A stretch of DNA of 64,000 bases from Escherichia phage vB_EcoM_G2469: sequence record MK327934.1; one strand, given 5' to 3'. The notes beneath the pieces are model-generated. The model was not told where the DNA came from. It made no database searches and saw only the letters and a program-made list of their open reading frames with translations. Made by a program: the position numbers and the translations under genes. Of the stretch, positions 22,269-33,820 are shown in pieces (the first letter of the stretch is position 1; every line of letters begins with the position of its first letter).

Positions 22269-23021
22269 ATGGCTAATATAATTCGTTGTAAATTACCGGA
22301 TGGTGTTCATCGTTTCAAGCCGTTCACCGTAGCGGATTATAGAGACTTTTTACTAGTTAGAAATGATATCGAACATCGTTCGCCACAAGAACAAAAAGAA
22401 ATAATTGCCGATCTGATTGATGATTATTTTAACGAATACCCTAAAACATGGCAACCATTTATATTCCTGCAAGTTTTTGCAGGCTCTATAGGCAAAACAA
22501 AAGTTCCCGTTATTTTCACTTGCCCTAAATGCTCTAAAGAAAAAACTACACCATTTGAGATATATCAAAAAGAACTAGTCGAACCTGAACTTGATGTTGC
22601 TGGTATAAAAATACGTTTTTCTTTCCCTGAAAAGTTTTATGACAACAAAGCATTAATGATAAGTGAAAACATAAAAGAAATATATTATAATGACGAATGG
22701 TACCCATGGAATGATTTGACTGAAGAGAACCAAATCCAAGTAATAGAAGCAATAGACATTGACTCGCTCGAGAAGGTTATTGCTTCTATGAATCCTATTA
22801 ATTTGACCCTTAGATTAGGATGTTGTGAACGACATGTTAAAACATATACTGATATCTTAGAGGTTTTTAAATTGTTAGTTAACCCTGATGAGATTTTTAC
22901 ATTCTATCAGATAAACCATTCACTGGTAAAGAGTCAATACACATTGGATTCTATTATGCAAATGATTCCTGTTGAACGTGGTATTGCTTTAACATTAGTA
23001 GAAAAGGACCATAAAAAATGA
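22269..23021 (+). CDS. 51: baseplate hub assembly protein gp51
   Basis: 250 aa; position and divergent orientation relative to 26 as in T4. Confidence 0.85.
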   Translation: MANIIRCKLPDGVHRFKPFTVADYRDFLLVRNDIEHRSPQEQKEIIADLIDDYFNEYPKTWQPFIFLQVFAGSIGKTKVPVIFTCPKCSKEKTTPFEIYQKELVEPELDVAGIKIRFSFPEKFYDNKALMISENIKEIYYNDEWYPWNDLTEENQIQVIEAIDIDSLEKVIASMNPINLTLRLGCCERHVKTYTDILEVFKLLVNPDEIFTFYQINHSLVKSQYTLDSIMQMIPVERGIALTLVEKDHKK

Positions 23022-24190
23022 AAGTATTCCAACGTCCAGGATATCCTAACTTAAGCGTTAAATTATACCAAGATTATTCGGCTTGGCAAGAAAATAGATA
23101 CGTTGAACTCGCGGCAACAATAACAACTTTAACCATGCGAGATTCGCTATATGGAAGAAATGAAGGGATTCTTCAATTTTATGACACTAAAAACATCCAC
23201 ACTAAAATGGACGGTAGACAGATAGTTCAAATCTCTGTTTCAAATTCAAACACACCTCTCCAAGTTAGAACTCGAATTTATGGATGTAGACATTATTCTG
23301 TGTCTGTGGACTCAAAAGGTGACAATATTATTGCAATTGAGCTTGGAACAATACATTCTATAGAGAACCTTAAATTTGGGCGTCCATTCTTCCCGGACGC
23401 AGGCGAATCTATACGTGAAATGTTAGGTGTCATATACAAAGACCGTGCGTTAATTACTCCGCCAATAAACACTATTAATGCTTATGTTCCTGATATCCCT
23501 TGGACAAGCACATTTGATGATTATTTGGCATATGTCAGAGAATTAGGACTTGCTACAGCGAGTGATAAGTTCGTATTCGTATGGCAAGATATTTTAGGCG
23601 TAAACATGATTGACTACGATACTCTTATTGGTCAGGAAGGCATTAAGATGGTTGTAGGTGAGCCAAATACTGTAGGTCAGTATATTCAAGAGCTTGAGTA
23701 TCCATTAGTATGGGATTTTACCTGGATGACTAAAGCCAACCAATTTACAAGAGACCCTATTAAAAACGCCACAATATTCGCCCATTCATTTTTAGATACA
23801 TCTATTCCGGTTATTGTTACAGGCGACGGTGATAATGCTATTGTTGTGTCAAGATCCGGTGGATATTCCGAAATGACCTATCGTAATGGATTTGAAGAAG
23901 CAAGTCGTCTTCAGACAATGGCTCAATATGACGGATATGCTAAATGCACTACTACAGGCAATTTTAACATAACTCCTGCTACTAAAATTATATTTGTTGA
24001 CCAAAAGAACCAATTCAAATCCGAATTTTACGTGGATGAAGTTATTCATGAGTTATCAAATAACAACTCACAAACTCATCTGTACATGTTTACCAACTCA
24101 ATGGTGTTAGAACCTGTTAACCCAGTTAAGGTTAAAAATGAACTTAAATCTGATTCTACCTCTAAAGAAAATAATTCTACCACAGTCTAA
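23018..24190 (+). CDS. 27: baseplate hub protein gp27
   Basis: 390 aa; strong similarity to T4 gp27 as recalled (…[20 protein letters not shown]…). Confidence 0.93.
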   Translation: MKVFQRPGYPNLSVKLYQDYSAWQENRYVELAATITTLTMRDSLYGRNEGILQFYDTKNIHTKMDGRQIVQISVSNSNTPLQVRTRIYGCRHYSVSVDSKGDNIIAIELGTIHSIENLKFGRPFFPDAGESIREMLGVIYKDRALITPPINTINAYVPDIPWTSTFDDYLAYVRELGLATASDKFVFVWQDILGVNMIDYDTLIGQEGIKMVVGEPNTVGQYIQELEYPLVWDFTWMTKANQFTRDPIKNATIFAHSFLDTSIPVIVTGDGDNAIVVSRSGGYSEMTYRNGFEEASRLQTMAQYDGYAKCTTTGNFNITPATKIIFVDQKNQFKSEFYVDEVIHELSNNNSQTHLYMFTNSMVLEPVNPVKVKNELKSDSTSKENNSTTV

Positions 24191-24671
24191 TAAAAAGGTA
24201 ATGATTCCTAAATTAGGGCTCAAACATTATAATCTTTTAAAGGACGTTAAAGGTCCTGATGAAAATATGAAAATCTTAGCTGATTCTATTTGTAAAAATA
24301 TGAGTCCCGCAGATTTTGATTTTGCATGTCTACACATATTGGAATTTAATAACAAACTTAAGTCTGAAGTTGAAAAAGACGGATTCACGTATAAACTAGA
24401 TGACGTCTATGTATGCCAACGAACAGAATTCCAATTCCAAGGCAATACTTTTTATTTTAGACCTCCAGGCAAATTTGAGCAATTCGCTACAATCAGTGAA
24501 ATGCTATCAAATTGCTTAATAAAAGTTAATGACGAAGAGAAAGAAATTTCTTTCCTTGAGATGCCTGCTTTTGTAATCAAATGGGCAGAAGACCTTTCGA
24601 CAACTATTGCTATTCCAGGCCCCAATGGTCCTATTAAGGGTATAGCAGAAATTATTGGATTGCTTGAATGA
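24138..24671 (+). CDS. 28: baseplate hub distal protein gp28
   Basis: 177 aa, T4 gp28 length; start overlaps 3' end of gene 27 (start codon choice uncertain). Confidence 0.8.
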   Translation: MNLNLILPLKKIILPQSNKKVMIPKLGLKHYNLLKDVKGPDENMKILADSICKNMSPADFDFACLHILEFNNKLKSEVEKDGFTYKLDDVYVCQRTEFQFQGNTFYFRPPGKFEQFATISEMLSNCLIKVNDEEKEISFLEMPAFVIKWAEDLSTTIAIPGPNGPIKGIAEIIGLLE

Positions 24672-26440
24672 AACCTGAAGAAATGAAATCCATGCGTAGA
24701 AATAAGGTCATTGCCGATAATAAACCACAAAAAGTAGCTGCTGATGCAGCTACCGATTCATTAGAAGCATTGAATAACATTTCATCAAAACTAGACGATG
24801 TCCAAGCCGCGTCTGAACTCACATCACAAAGTGTAGAAGATAAAGGCAATGGAATTATTGAATCAATTGGAGACTTAAAGAATTCGACAGATAATACTGC
24901 TGAAGGCACAGAGCTTATCGCAGAAGTTATTGAAAAACAAACTGAAGTCACTAAAAGTATAAACGAAGTTTCTAGTGCAATAAGCTCTAAGTTAGACCGA
25001 TTAGCTACATTATTAGAGCAAAAATTACAAACATCTACCGCTATTCAAAATACAGGAGGCACCTCTCTTGAAGTAATTGAGAACGCAATACCTGTTAAAG
25101 TGGTTGAGAATGAAACTTCTGATGAGCTGTTTAAAGCATTCCCTACACCTGAAAAGATTGATAATAAGCCAGACGAAGATTTCTTCCCGGCTCCGGTTCA
25201 AGAAAGTGCTAATTCTACTTCCGATTCTAAAGGTGGAATTAGCTTTAAATTGAGCGATAAAATTGCAATGCTCACCAAAACAGTTCAAACCGGGTTTAAT
25301 AAATCAATATCAATTTCAGACAGAATTGCTGGAATGCTTTTCAAATACACTATAACGGCTGCTATTGAAGCAGCAAAAATGGCCGCACTTATTCTTGGTA
25401 TTGTTATCGGTATTGATTTATTGATAGTCCATTTCAAATATTGGACAGACAAGTTCACTTCTGCCTGGGATTTATTTGATGAAAACTTTACTAAATTCTC
25501 CGATGAAGCTAAAGAGTGGGGTAAATTCTTAAGTGATATATTCACTTCTATTGACTCGATAAAACAATTGTGGGAAGCTGGAGACTGGGGTGGTTTAACC
25601 GTTGCTATTGTCAAAGGTGTAGGAACAGCATTAATGAACTTAGGTGAACTAATTCAATTAGGAATGGCTAAACTCTCTGCGTCTATATTGCGTGCTATAG
25701 GTTTTGGCGATACCGCGGACGAAATAGAAGGACGTGCTTTGGAAGGATTCCAAGAAACTACTGGGAACAAATTAAAGAAAGAAGACCAAGAGAAAGTCGC
25801 TAAATATCAAATGAAGCGTGACGATGGGGAATTAGGAACCGTTTCTAAAGGTCTTGATATGCTACAACGCGGCAAAACATTCGTTACTAACTGGGTTCGT
25901 GGTAATGACAATAAAGAAGAGTTTAGTACAAGTGATGAGCGTGCTGCGGAATCGGCAAAATTAAAAGAGTTACCTGAAGAGGAGCGTAAAGAGGCATATA
26001 TAAAAGCTAATGAAACTCGTGCGGCACTGGTTAGATTTGAGGATTATATCGATAAAATCGATATGACTAATCCGGAAAATGCTAAAAACGTCGAGAAGTC
26101 TTATGCTGATTTAAGTAAACTTATTAAAGACCCTGAACTTAATAAAACTCCTGTTGTTAAAAAGGAATTAGATGCTAGATTTGAAAAGCTAAATAATAAA
26201 ATGGCTGAAGCCAAAAAGGCTCAGACAACAGTTAAGCCTGAATCTTCGTCTAAATCTCCGGAAGCAAAACAAGTTCAGTCAATAGAGAAAGGACGTGCTT
26301 CTGAATCTAAACAACAGCAACCGGTAGCGGCGATTAGTAACACAAATAATGTCGTCAAAAAGAATACCGTAGTCCAGAATATGACCCCTGTAACAAGTAC
26401 AACGGCTCCTGGAATTTTCCATGCCACCGGTGTTAATTAA
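24668..26440 (+). CDS. 29: baseplate hub / tail length determinator gp29
   Basis: 590 aa as in T4 gp29; internal hydrophobic segment. Confidence 0.9.
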   Translation: MKPEEMKSMRRNKVIADNKPQKVAADAATDSLEALNNISSKLDDVQAASELTSQSVEDKGNGIIESIGDLKNSTDNTAEGTELIAEVIEKQTEVTKSINEVSSAISSKLDRLATLLEQKLQTSTAIQNTGGTSLEVIENAIPVKVVENETSDELFKAFPTPEKIDNKPDEDFFPAPVQESANSTSDSKGGISFKLSDKIAMLTKTVQTGFNKSISISDRIAGMLFKYTITAAIEAAKMAALILGIVIGIDLLIVHFKYWTDKFTSAWDLFDENFTKFSDEAKEWGKFLSDIFTSIDSIKQLWEAGDWGGLTVAIVKGVGTALMNLGELIQLGMAKLSASILRAIGFGDTADEIEGRALEGFQETTGNKLKKEDQEKVAKYQMKRDDGELGTVSKGLDMLQRGKTFVTNWVRGNDNKEEFSTSDERAAESAKLKELPEEERKEAYIKANETRAALVRFEDYIDKIDMTNPENAKNVEKSYADLSKLIKDPELNKTPVVKKELDARFEKLNNKMAEAKKAQTTVKPESSSKSPEAKQVQSIEKGRASESKQQQPVAAISNTNNVVKKNTVVQNMTPVTSTTAPGIFHATGVN

Positions 26441-26448
26441 GGATTATT

Positions 26449-27558
26449 ATGATTAGTGTAAAAGAAATAGTAGTAGATGCAAAGGATTTAAATAAAGCAA
26501 TCCCAGTCTCAGAAAGTGCCGGGCAAAGCACTAAAACCGAAACAACTACTAAAACTTATGTTGCTCAATTTCCTACAGGAAGAGCAGCCGGAAATGACTC
26601 CACAGGAGACTTCCAGGTAACAGACCTTTATAAGAATGGATTATTATTTACCGCGTACAATATGTCTGCACGCGATTCAGGATCCCTCAGGAATTTACGT
26701 CCGGCATATGCCGGTACTTCATCTAATGGTATCATATCAGATTTAACTGATAATGTTAAAGATGCAGTGACTAAATTCTCTAATGGATTGCTTCCTGCCG
26801 GGGCTAATAAATCTACTATAAATAAAACTCCTGTTGCTAATATACTTTTGCCACGTTCCAAATCTGACGTCGATACAACTTCACATCGTTTTAATGATAT
26901 CGGTGATAGCCTTATTACTAAAGGTGGAGGTACTGCTACGGGTGTTTTAAGTAACATTGCTTCTACTGCAGTCTTTGGTGCATTAGATTCTATTACTCAA
27001 GGGCTTATGGCTGATAATAACGAACAGATTTATACGACTTCTCGTAGTATGTACGGTGGTGCTGAGAACCGTACCAAAGTCTTTACATGGGATTTAACTC
27101 CGCGTTCAACTGAAGACCTTATGGCTATTATAAACATTTACCAGTATTTTAACTATTTCTCATATGGTGAGACCGGTAAATCACAGTACGCCCAAGAGAT
27201 TAAAAGTTATTTAGACGAATGGTACCGTTCAACGTTTATTGAGCCTATGACACCTGACGATGCAGTAAAAAATAAGACATTGTTTGAAAAGATTACTGCG
27301 TCATTAACAAATGTATTAGTTGTAAGCAACCCTACAATTTGGATGGTTAAAAACTTTGGTTATACGTCTAAATTTGATGGATTAACTGACGTATTTGGTC
27401 CATGTCAAATTCAAAGCGTACGTTTTGATAAAACTCCAAATGGACAATTTAATGGTCTCGCTGTTGCTCCTAACTTACCATCAACATTTACGTTAGAGAT
27501 AACAATGCGAGAAATTATTACATTAAACCGTTCTTCACTTTATGCGGGGACTTTCTAA
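26449..27558 (+). CDS. 48: baseplate-tail tube junction protein gp48
   Basis: 369 aa; T4 synteny 29-48-54. Confidence 0.85.
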   Translation: MISVKEIVVDAKDLNKAIPVSESAGQSTKTETTTKTYVAQFPTGRAAGNDSTGDFQVTDLYKNGLLFTAYNMSARDSGSLRNLRPAYAGTSSNGIISDLTDNVKDAVTKFSNGLLPAGANKSTINKTPVANILLPRSKSDVDTTSHRFNDIGDSLITKGGGTATGVLSNIASTAVFGALDSITQGLMADNNEQIYTTSRSMYGGAENRTKVFTWDLTPRSTEDLMAIINIYQYFNYFSYGETGKSQYAQEIKSYLDEWYRSTFIEPMTPDDAVKNKTLFEKITASLTNVLVVSNPTIWMVKNFGYTSKFDGLTDVFGPCQIQSVRFDKTPNGQFNGLAVAPNLPSTFTLEITMREIITLNRSSLYAGTF

Positions 27559-28520
27559 TGTACTCTTTAGAAGAATTTAATAACCAAGCTATAAATGCAG
27601 ATTTCCAACGAAACAATATGTTTAGTTGTGTATTTGCTACTACACCATCGACTAAATCATCTTCACTAATTTCGTCAATTGGTAGTTTTGCTTATAGTAA
27701 CTTAGGGTTGGATTCCGATTGGCTAGGATTGTCTCAAGGTGATATCAATCAGGGCGTAACAACCCTGATTACAGCAGGAACACAGAAATTAATTCGAAAA
27801 TCAGGTGTAAGTAAATATCTGATTGGAGCAATGAGTCAACGTACGGTACAAAGCTTGTTAGGTGAGTTCACAGTAGGAACTTATCTGATAGACTTCTTCA
27901 ATATGGCATATAATAATACAGGTTTAATGATTTATTCTGTAAAAATGCCTGAGAACCGATTATCTTATGAAACGGATTTCAACTATAACTCCCCGAACAT
28001 CCGAATTACCGGCCGTGAAATGGACCCGTTAGTAATAAGCTTTAGAATGGATTCTGAAGCATCTAACTTTAGAGCAATGCAAGACTGGGTAAACTCAGTC
28101 CAAGACCCTGTAACAGGTCTTCGTGCTTTACCACAAGACGTCGAAGCAGATATTCAGGTTAATTTACATGCACGAAATGGTTTACCACATACCGCTGTTA
28201 TGTTCACCGGATGTATTCCTGTTAGCGTCTCTTCTCCTGAGTTAACGTATGATGGTGATAATCAGATAACAGTTTTTGATGTAACATTTGCTTATCGTGT
28301 TATGCAATCAGGTGCTGTAAATAGACAGGCTGCTTTAGAATGGCTGGAATCAGGACTTATTAGTAGTGTTTCAGGAATGTTTGGAAATAATCAGAATGAT
28401 TCTGGACTAGGAAGTGCAGTATCAAGACTTTCTAGATTAGGTGGGACTGCTGGTGGTGTGTCTAATATAAACACATTGACAGGTGTGGTGAATTCTGCGT
28501 CAAGAGTTTTAGGACTATAA
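27558..28520 (+). CDS. 54: baseplate-tail tube initiator gp54
   Basis: 320 aa, same as T4 gp54; tube-protein-like. Confidence 0.88.
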   Translation: MYSLEEFNNQAINADFQRNNMFSCVFATTPSTKSSSLISSIGSFAYSNLGLDSDWLGLSQGDINQGVTTLITAGTQKLIRKSGVSKYLIGAMSQRTVQSLLGEFTVGTYLIDFFNMAYNNTGLMIYSVKMPENRLSYETDFNYNSPNIRITGREMDPLVISFRMDSEASNFRAMQDWVNSVQDPVTGLRALPQDVEADIQVNLHARNGLPHTAVMFTGCIPVSVSSPELTYDGDNQITVFDVTFAYRVMQSGAVNRQAALEWLESGLISSVSGMFGNNQNDSGLGSAVSRLSRLGGTAGGVSNINTLTGVVNSASRVLGL

Positions 28521-28526
28521 GAAAAA

Positions 28527-28543
28527 GGGAGACGTTGTCTCCC
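28527..28543. terminator. hairpin GGGAGAC-GUUG-GUCUCCC between gene 54 (+) and the - strand early ORF
   Basis: 7-bp stem between convergent genes; A-run upstream and TTT downstream. Confidence 0.6.
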
Positions 28544-28552
28544 TTTAGGGGT

Positions 28553-28846
28553 TTATTTACGGAATGAAAGGAATGCTGGTGCTCGGAATGGAGTATCATC
28601 TTTAGAGTATTTAACTAATACGACCATTGGTACCTCTGTTTCTAAATGACCTGTCACTACACCGATAAAAATTTGATCAGTGTGCTCAGGGTCACGAAAG
28701 TTTTTAAGAGGTTCCATAGCAATATGGAATGCACCTGGGAATACTCGATTCAATTCGTCAATCACAGCTTCGTTAAAAACATCATCCGCTGGGATAGCAT
28801 CTTCAACTACTAGTTCTTGACCATTAAAGCGAAGCATAGATTTCAT
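28553..28846 (-). CDS. hypothetical early protein (alt.-1-position)
   Basis: 97 aa from internal Met with SD AGGAAA (MKSMLRF...); early promoter just upstream. Confidence 0.55.
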   Translation of the reverse strand: MKSMLRFNGQELVVEDAIPADDVFNEAVIDELNRVFPGAFHIAMEPLKNFRDPEHTDQIFIGVVTGHLETEVPMVVLVKYSKDDTPFRAPAFLSFRK

Positions 28847-28875
28847 AACGTTTTCCTCATGTTGTTGATGGGACA

Positions 28876-28905
28876 ATAGTATCACACATCCATGTGTTTG
28901 TAAAC
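28876..28905 (-). promoter_or_regulatory. early promoter downstream of alt
   Basis: - strand GTTTAC-N18-TACTAT. Confidence 0.5.
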
Positions 28906-30992
28906 TATCCTTGGACAAATTTAAACGGAACTGATTCTAAATCCATTAAAGATGCTAACAATTTCAAACCTTTAGGTGCACTAGTTTTTTCTACAAATGA
29001 GGAGAACGATACCGGCTCAACTGATTCGATTTCACCCGTCATAGCAACCACCTCGCCTGTTTCCATGAGAACATCACCATCGTAAATGACAGCTTCATCT
29101 AACTGGTCTGAGGACATGACTTCAGCTTGAATAAATTTAAGGTTGGATTCTAAACCTGCACCAGTGTCAGATGACGCATCTGTAATTTTATTTATCTGCA
29201 AGAGAATGCCTCTAGGCAAAATAATTTCTTGCTCATTAGGGTGATTACTCAACTGTCCCGGATAAATCACGTTAACTTTATGGGCGCCATCAATAGCCCA
29301 TCCAACGTTAACACGGATTTGTTCTGGTGCATGCATAGCTGTTCTTACTTGACTAGGAGAAATAGTAACACCTTCGTCATTATTGTCAATGTTAAGCTCT
29401 TTGCGAACTTCTTCAGGAGCAAGTCCAAGGGCAACGTTCTCTTTAAACCCACCGAAAATAATAGGAGCTAGTGAAGTGGAAACATAGTTTCTGAAATAGA
29501 ATACCTTATTTTTAACCATTGCTTCGTAAATAGGCATTCTGATAGACTGAGCTCTATATAACGTTAGTCCTTCAGGTAAACGGTCTCCATTTAAAAACGC
29601 CGAATCAAGACCATCAATAGCGCGTTTAACTTCATCTTCATCTGCAACATCGTAAAAATCTGGTTTATAACGACCTAACAACATATTATTGATATCGGTA
29701 TACGCAGAAGAGGCATATTCACGAATAGCTCGTTTTTCAGCAACAGAGTATTGTTTAGGGTCCCGATTCATTGTTATATTAAAGGTGCCTCTAGCCGATT
29801 CTCGTGCATAAGTATACATCACATTAGACAAGAACGCTGATTTACGTTGTTTCCAAGTTTTTTCAGATACTTCAGCTAAAACATCGTCGGCCAGTTGGAA
29901 ATTATCACGTCTAAAATCTTCAAACCATTCGTCTTTAATAGAGTCTGCAATTTCATTTGCAGCTTCAACAAAAGCAGCTAATGCTTTAACAGATGTTGTT
30001 TTTTCAGTTTTAATTTTCTTAGCAAACTTTTCTAAAGTTGGCTTAATAACACTACCATAAGAAACTTCATCAGCAAATCTAAAGGATTCATCAATACGAT
30101 TATAAATCTTATTTTCGATATCAGCAACTAAAGTGCCTTTTGCTGTGGATGATGCTTGGGCCAGTACGATTTCATATGCTTCAGGAAGTAATTCGGCTGT
30201 AGCTGGGCCACTAACTTCTTTAGCAGAATTTTCGTATTTCTGGAATAACTCACCTTCTTGTCGGTCAGCTTCTAAAGATTGACTTGCTGCAATAGCACGA
30301 CGAGAAATTTTAGTACGAGCAATAACAGGCTTATCTTTACGTTTTTCTTCTACAGCAGCAATAGAACCAGCGATAGCCGTTTCTTTGGTGACCTTTTCGC
30401 CGGTCTTTTTACTCACATAAACTTCGCCAACATCAGAATCTACTTTCGTGTACAACTCTGTGTTAATGTTAGGGATGCCTTTAATATCTTCAATGTTGGC
30501 ATTTTTACGAACCATCATCACATAGGTGTGTTTACCTGTGAATTGATACATTGCCGACAATACTTTAAAACGACCACCGGTTTTAGTAGAAACTAAACGA
30601 GCAAGAAGAGTTTGAAGCTGCTGACCACGTCCTTTCAATTTCTTGGTAGGGAATCGGAACAGAACTGCATCCATACGAAGAGCTTTAACCTGTTCATATA
30701 CTGTATTGAAAATGGTGTTGATTGCATCAATAGGAGCAGGACCAAGGCCATTTTTCAATTCAGCGAGATTACCCTTTTCAGACAGACTCATAATAACAAC
30801 ATGAGCGTATTTGTCGCCAAGTTTAACTTGTTTTACGGCGTCGCCTTCGGAAAGGTAAGAGAATAAACGAACTACGATGTTTGTATCGATATCACCAATT
30901 TTCCAGACTTGTGGAACTTTAGCTTTAGGGTTCAAATTGACGACAGGAAGACTGCCTTCAGATTCAAACACTTCATTTAATTGTTCAGACAT
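28905..30992 (-). CDS. alt: Alt mono-ADP-ribosyltransferase (capsid-packaged, injected)
   Basis: 695 aa; extended similarity to T4 Alt as recalled (…KISRRAIA.SQSLE…, RLP.G.TLYR.Q, VFYFRNFVSTSL, C-terminal FKFVQG). Confidence 0.88.
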   Translation of the reverse strand: MSEQLNEVFESEGSLPVVNLNPKAKVPQVWKIGDIDTNIVVRLFSYLSEGDAVKQVKLGDKYAHVVIMSLSEKGNLAELKNGLGPAPIDAINTIFNTVYEQVKALRMDAVLFRFPTKKLKGRGQQLQTLLARLVSTKTGGRFKVLSAMYQFTGKHTYVMMVRKNANIEDIKGIPNINTELYTKVDSDVGEVYVSKKTGEKVTKETAIAGSIAAVEEKRKDKPVIARTKISRRAIAASQSLEADRQEGELFQKYENSAKEVSGPATAELLPEAYEIVLAQASSTAKGTLVADIENKIYNRIDESFRFADEVSYGSVIKPTLEKFAKKIKTEKTTSVKALAAFVEAANEIADSIKDEWFEDFRRDNFQLADDVLAEVSEKTWKQRKSAFLSNVMYTYARESARGTFNITMNRDPKQYSVAEKRAIREYASSAYTDINNMLLGRYKPDFYDVADEDEVKRAIDGLDSAFLNGDRLPEGLTLYRAQSIRMPIYEAMVKNKVFYFRNYVSTSLAPIIFGGFKENVALGLAPEEVRKELNIDNNDEGVTISPSQVRTAMHAPEQIRVNVGWAIDGAHKVNVIYPGQLSNHPNEQEIILPRGILLQINKITDASSDTGAGLESNLKFIQAEVMSSDQLDEAVIYDGDVLMETGEVVAMTGEIESVEPVSFSSFVEKTSAPKGLKLLASLMDLESVPFKFVQG

Positions 30993-31047
30993 AGAGTTTT
31001 CCTTTTAGTAATAATTTATATTTATGCCAAAAAGAGCCCGAAGGCTC

Positions 31048-31236
31048 TTAATCCACAATCGGGAGCAAAGTACGATAAACTTCAAAATTAGGGCCTTTTT
31101 CGTACTTATCAAAATTGTCCATAAAAATATGATAGGAATCGTTATTAGGAAAATCTAATATAATCTGAGAGCAAGAGGTGGAAACATCTCCACCATCCTT
31201 CTTAGCTACAATAACTGTTTCTAAATAAGCTTTCAT
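31048..31236 (-). CDS. hypothetical small protein downstream of gene 30
   Basis: 62 aa; ATG overlaps gene 30 stop (TAATG). Confidence 0.5.
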   Translation of the reverse strand: MKAYLETVIVAKKDGGDVSTSCSQIILDFPNNDSYHIFMDNFDKYEKGPNFEVYRTLLPIVD

Positions 31237-32729
31237 TATAAACCTGTCTGGGACCACGGTCCAAATACGTCTTCAAACGAATCCGCTTCTGTTTTATCAA
31301 AACGGAACCCTTTAATAATTGGGAGGAAAATACCCACAGTACCTTCACGGCCTTTAGAATGAACCCAACCATTACATTCACAATCAGCGATACGTCCAAT
31401 TAATTTACCTTCACGAGCTTCAGCCATTAATCGTTCACGGTCTAAATCATGACGCTCGTCTAAAGGAATAAGAACCTTTACACCGTCAACTGTTTTATGA
31501 GTTGTATCTTTAAAACCTGAACCACAATCGGTTGTAATACGACGACAACGTGATACGAGTTCGACACCACCTAATTTGTTAGGGTCTTTAGAGTGTTCAT
31601 AGTATCCTACAACTTCTAAAGCGATATCAATAACTTCTTTAAATTTAATTAGATTCTTAGAGCGTTTGTTTTCCCAATATGAATCACGGTTTTTAAGGAT
31701 AATACCTTCAAGACCTTGGTCAACATATTTTTTATAAACCACTTTAGCTTCGTCAAGATTACGAACTAACTGATTTTCAATTGGCTCAATTCGCTTAAAG
31801 CCTTCAGCCATATTTTCAAGAGCAGCAAAACGAACATCGTATTTCTGACCTTTAATTTTGCCATCAGAATAGACTTCATCTAAAGGAACATAGTCCCAGG
31901 CTTGAAGAACCATACCTTCCGCTTCTTTAGGAGAAATAGTCCCTTGAAGAGATTTATTTGCTAAACCATTTGAAGTGCTACGGTCTGCAACTTGTACTTC
32001 TTCGGATTCTTCATTACCACCAAATAAGAACGACAGGTCATTTCCTGAGCTCACAGCCTTTTTAATATCGAATGAATGATAAACTAATTCACCGTCGATT
32101 AAAACCCCATTAGGGTGTCTTTCACGAGCTTCTTTAGTCATTTCCATTAGTTCATCTGCTAATAGGGTAAGACCATGGTATTCATTACCAGCACGAGAAA
32201 AGAATTGAACACCATCATCGCGAACTTCAGCGAAACAACGAGCACCATCGGCTTTTAATTGAGCAAATGCAGGCCATTTAATATTTTTAGTAATCAATTT
32301 CTCATCATATGCAGATGCTAACATCTGTGGTTGCAATTGAATAAGTCCAGGCCACACCTTATTCGCGATAGACACTGAAGCACCTACTTCAAGGTCGCGC
32401 ATCATTACACGACGAAGGACTTCTACATCATCAGGTTTACCGTCAGCGATATAACCCATGAGCTCTTTAATTGCAGCATTACCAGTGAGTTTACGAGTGG
32501 CTAATGTGAACTCAATAAAATCCAACATGTCATCTAATTCAAGAAGACCATACGCTTGAGACCTTTCACCCGGTCCTGGCCATTTCTTAATATAATACTG
32601 GATGCCACGTGCATATGTTAAACGATACACACGTTCAAGTAATTTGTTGTCCTTATTTTTCTTAAGGATTTCCTGTTTTGTTTTAGTAGAACCGATCGCA
32701 GCTATTTGGTTTAAAATATCTAAAATCAT
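31236..32729 (-). CDS. 30: ATP-dependent DNA ligase gp30
   Basis: 497 aa; adenylation-site motif KADGAR; very high similarity to T4 DNA ligase as recalled. Confidence 0.96.
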   Translation of the reverse strand: MILDILNQIAAIGSTKTKQEILKKNKDNKLLERVYRLTYARGIQYYIKKWPGPGERSQAYGLLELDDMLDFIEFTLATRKLTGNAAIKELMGYIADGKPDDVEVLRRVMMRDLEVGASVSIANKVWPGLIQLQPQMLASAYDEKLITKNIKWPAFAQLKADGARCFAEVRDDGVQFFSRAGNEYHGLTLLADELMEMTKEARERHPNGVLIDGELVYHSFDIKKAVSSGNDLSFLFGGNEESEEVQVADRSTSNGLANKSLQGTISPKEAEGMVLQAWDYVPLDEVYSDGKIKGQKYDVRFAALENMAEGFKRIEPIENQLVRNLDEAKVVYKKYVDQGLEGIILKNRDSYWENKRSKNLIKFKEVIDIALEVVGYYEHSKDPNKLGGVELVSRCRRITTDCGSGFKDTTHKTVDGVKVLIPLDERHDLDRERLMAEAREGKLIGRIADCECNGWVHSKGREGTVGIFLPIIKGFRFDKTEADSFEDVFGPWSQTGL

Positions 32730-32995
32730 TTGATGTCCTCGATTTTGGTTACGGTTCTATTATAAGCCACTTCATCTAGAAGCGATTTCAGCGTTTTCTG
32801 ATAAGTGGTAATCCATTTACCGAGACCTTCAACATAGTATTCTGAAATGTAGATGAACCCTTGTTCAACACACTCTTTAAATATTTCTGCGTCTTTTACT
32901 GAACGAAACAACGGCCAGTCTCGAAAGAACATGTTAACGTGACCGTAGTCACGCGTTGTGTTTTTGCCATCTGTAATATCATGAACTACAAACAT
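32726..32995 (-). CDS. hypothetical protein (30.1 position)
   Basis: 89-aa ORF overlapping gene 30 start by 4 nt. Confidence 0.6.
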   Translation of the reverse strand: MFVVHDITDGKNTTRDYGHVNMFFRDWPLFRSVKDAEIFKECVEQGFIYISEYYVEGLGKWITTYQKTLKSLLDEVAYNRTVTKIEDIK

Positions 32996-33004
32996 AATTA
33001 ACCC

Positions 33005-33820
33005 TTAACAATTTATAGACCAAGTCCATTTGGACGAATCTAAAGGAAAGTTTTGAATCGTCCACCATGGCTGCATATCGGTTGGTCCTGGAGTTCGCCA
33101 GGTATACGGATTCGACGGAGCGCCGATTTGATTAGGCCATGCGCCTGGACTTGTTGCACCAGATTCTTTAAGCAAATCCGCCAATCGTTTTAAAAGGTCT
33201 TCACGATCTGAATCTGAATTATGCTCAGGTGGAACCAAACGAGATTCAATATCATCCCACGTGTGTACACGTTGTGCAGTACGAGGAATGGCATCACGTT
33301 CACCACGAGCCAACCAATAAATCGGTACATTAAGAATTTCTGCTGCATGGTCACAGTGATGAGCTAAATCGTCAACGTAACAAATCACGTTATATTTTGT
33401 TTTAGCTAGTTCAAATAATTGTTCCTTTGAAGAAACATGACCACACATCATTACTTCAGAGAAAGCGCCTGGGAACAAAGCATTCAAATTAAATTGTCTA
33501 TTCAATCGAGCATCAATTGAATCACCTAGCGCCGTCACGGCTACAAAATTATAGTCTTCTTTTAGTTTATTGATAACTCTAAGAGCATCCGAATAAGGCG
33601 CTAAGTAACGAATAAAATCAGAGCGATTATATTTTTCTATTAATTGTTTACCGAGGTTATCGTCGGTATTGAATAGTTTACCAGGAGAAATAAATTTTTC
33701 ATCCTGAATCATTTTTAAAATATGTTCTAATGGAAGATTATATTTTTGGGCAAAATAAGGAAGTCCAGATTGCCAGCTTAAACATACACCATCAATATCA
33801 GTCAAAATAGTAGGCTTCAT
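33005..33820 (-). CDS. conserved T4-type protein 30.2-like with N-terminal HAD-like motif
   Basis: 271 aa; N-terminal LTDIDGV resembles HAD phosphatase motif I (DxDG[TV]). Confidence 0.65.
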   Translation of the reverse strand: MKPTILTDIDGVCLSWQSGLPYFAQKYNLPLEHILKMIQDEKFISPGKLFNTDDNLGKQLIEKYNRSDFIRYLAPYSDALRVINKLKEDYNFVAVTALGDSIDARLNRQFNLNALFPGAFSEVMMCGHVSSKEQLFELAKTKYNVICYVDDLAHHCDHAAEILNVPIYWLARGERDAIPRTAQRVHTWDDIESRLVPPEHNSDSDREDLLKRLADLLKESGATSPGAWPNQIGAPSNPYTWRTPGPTDMQPWWTIQNFPLDSSKWTWSINC

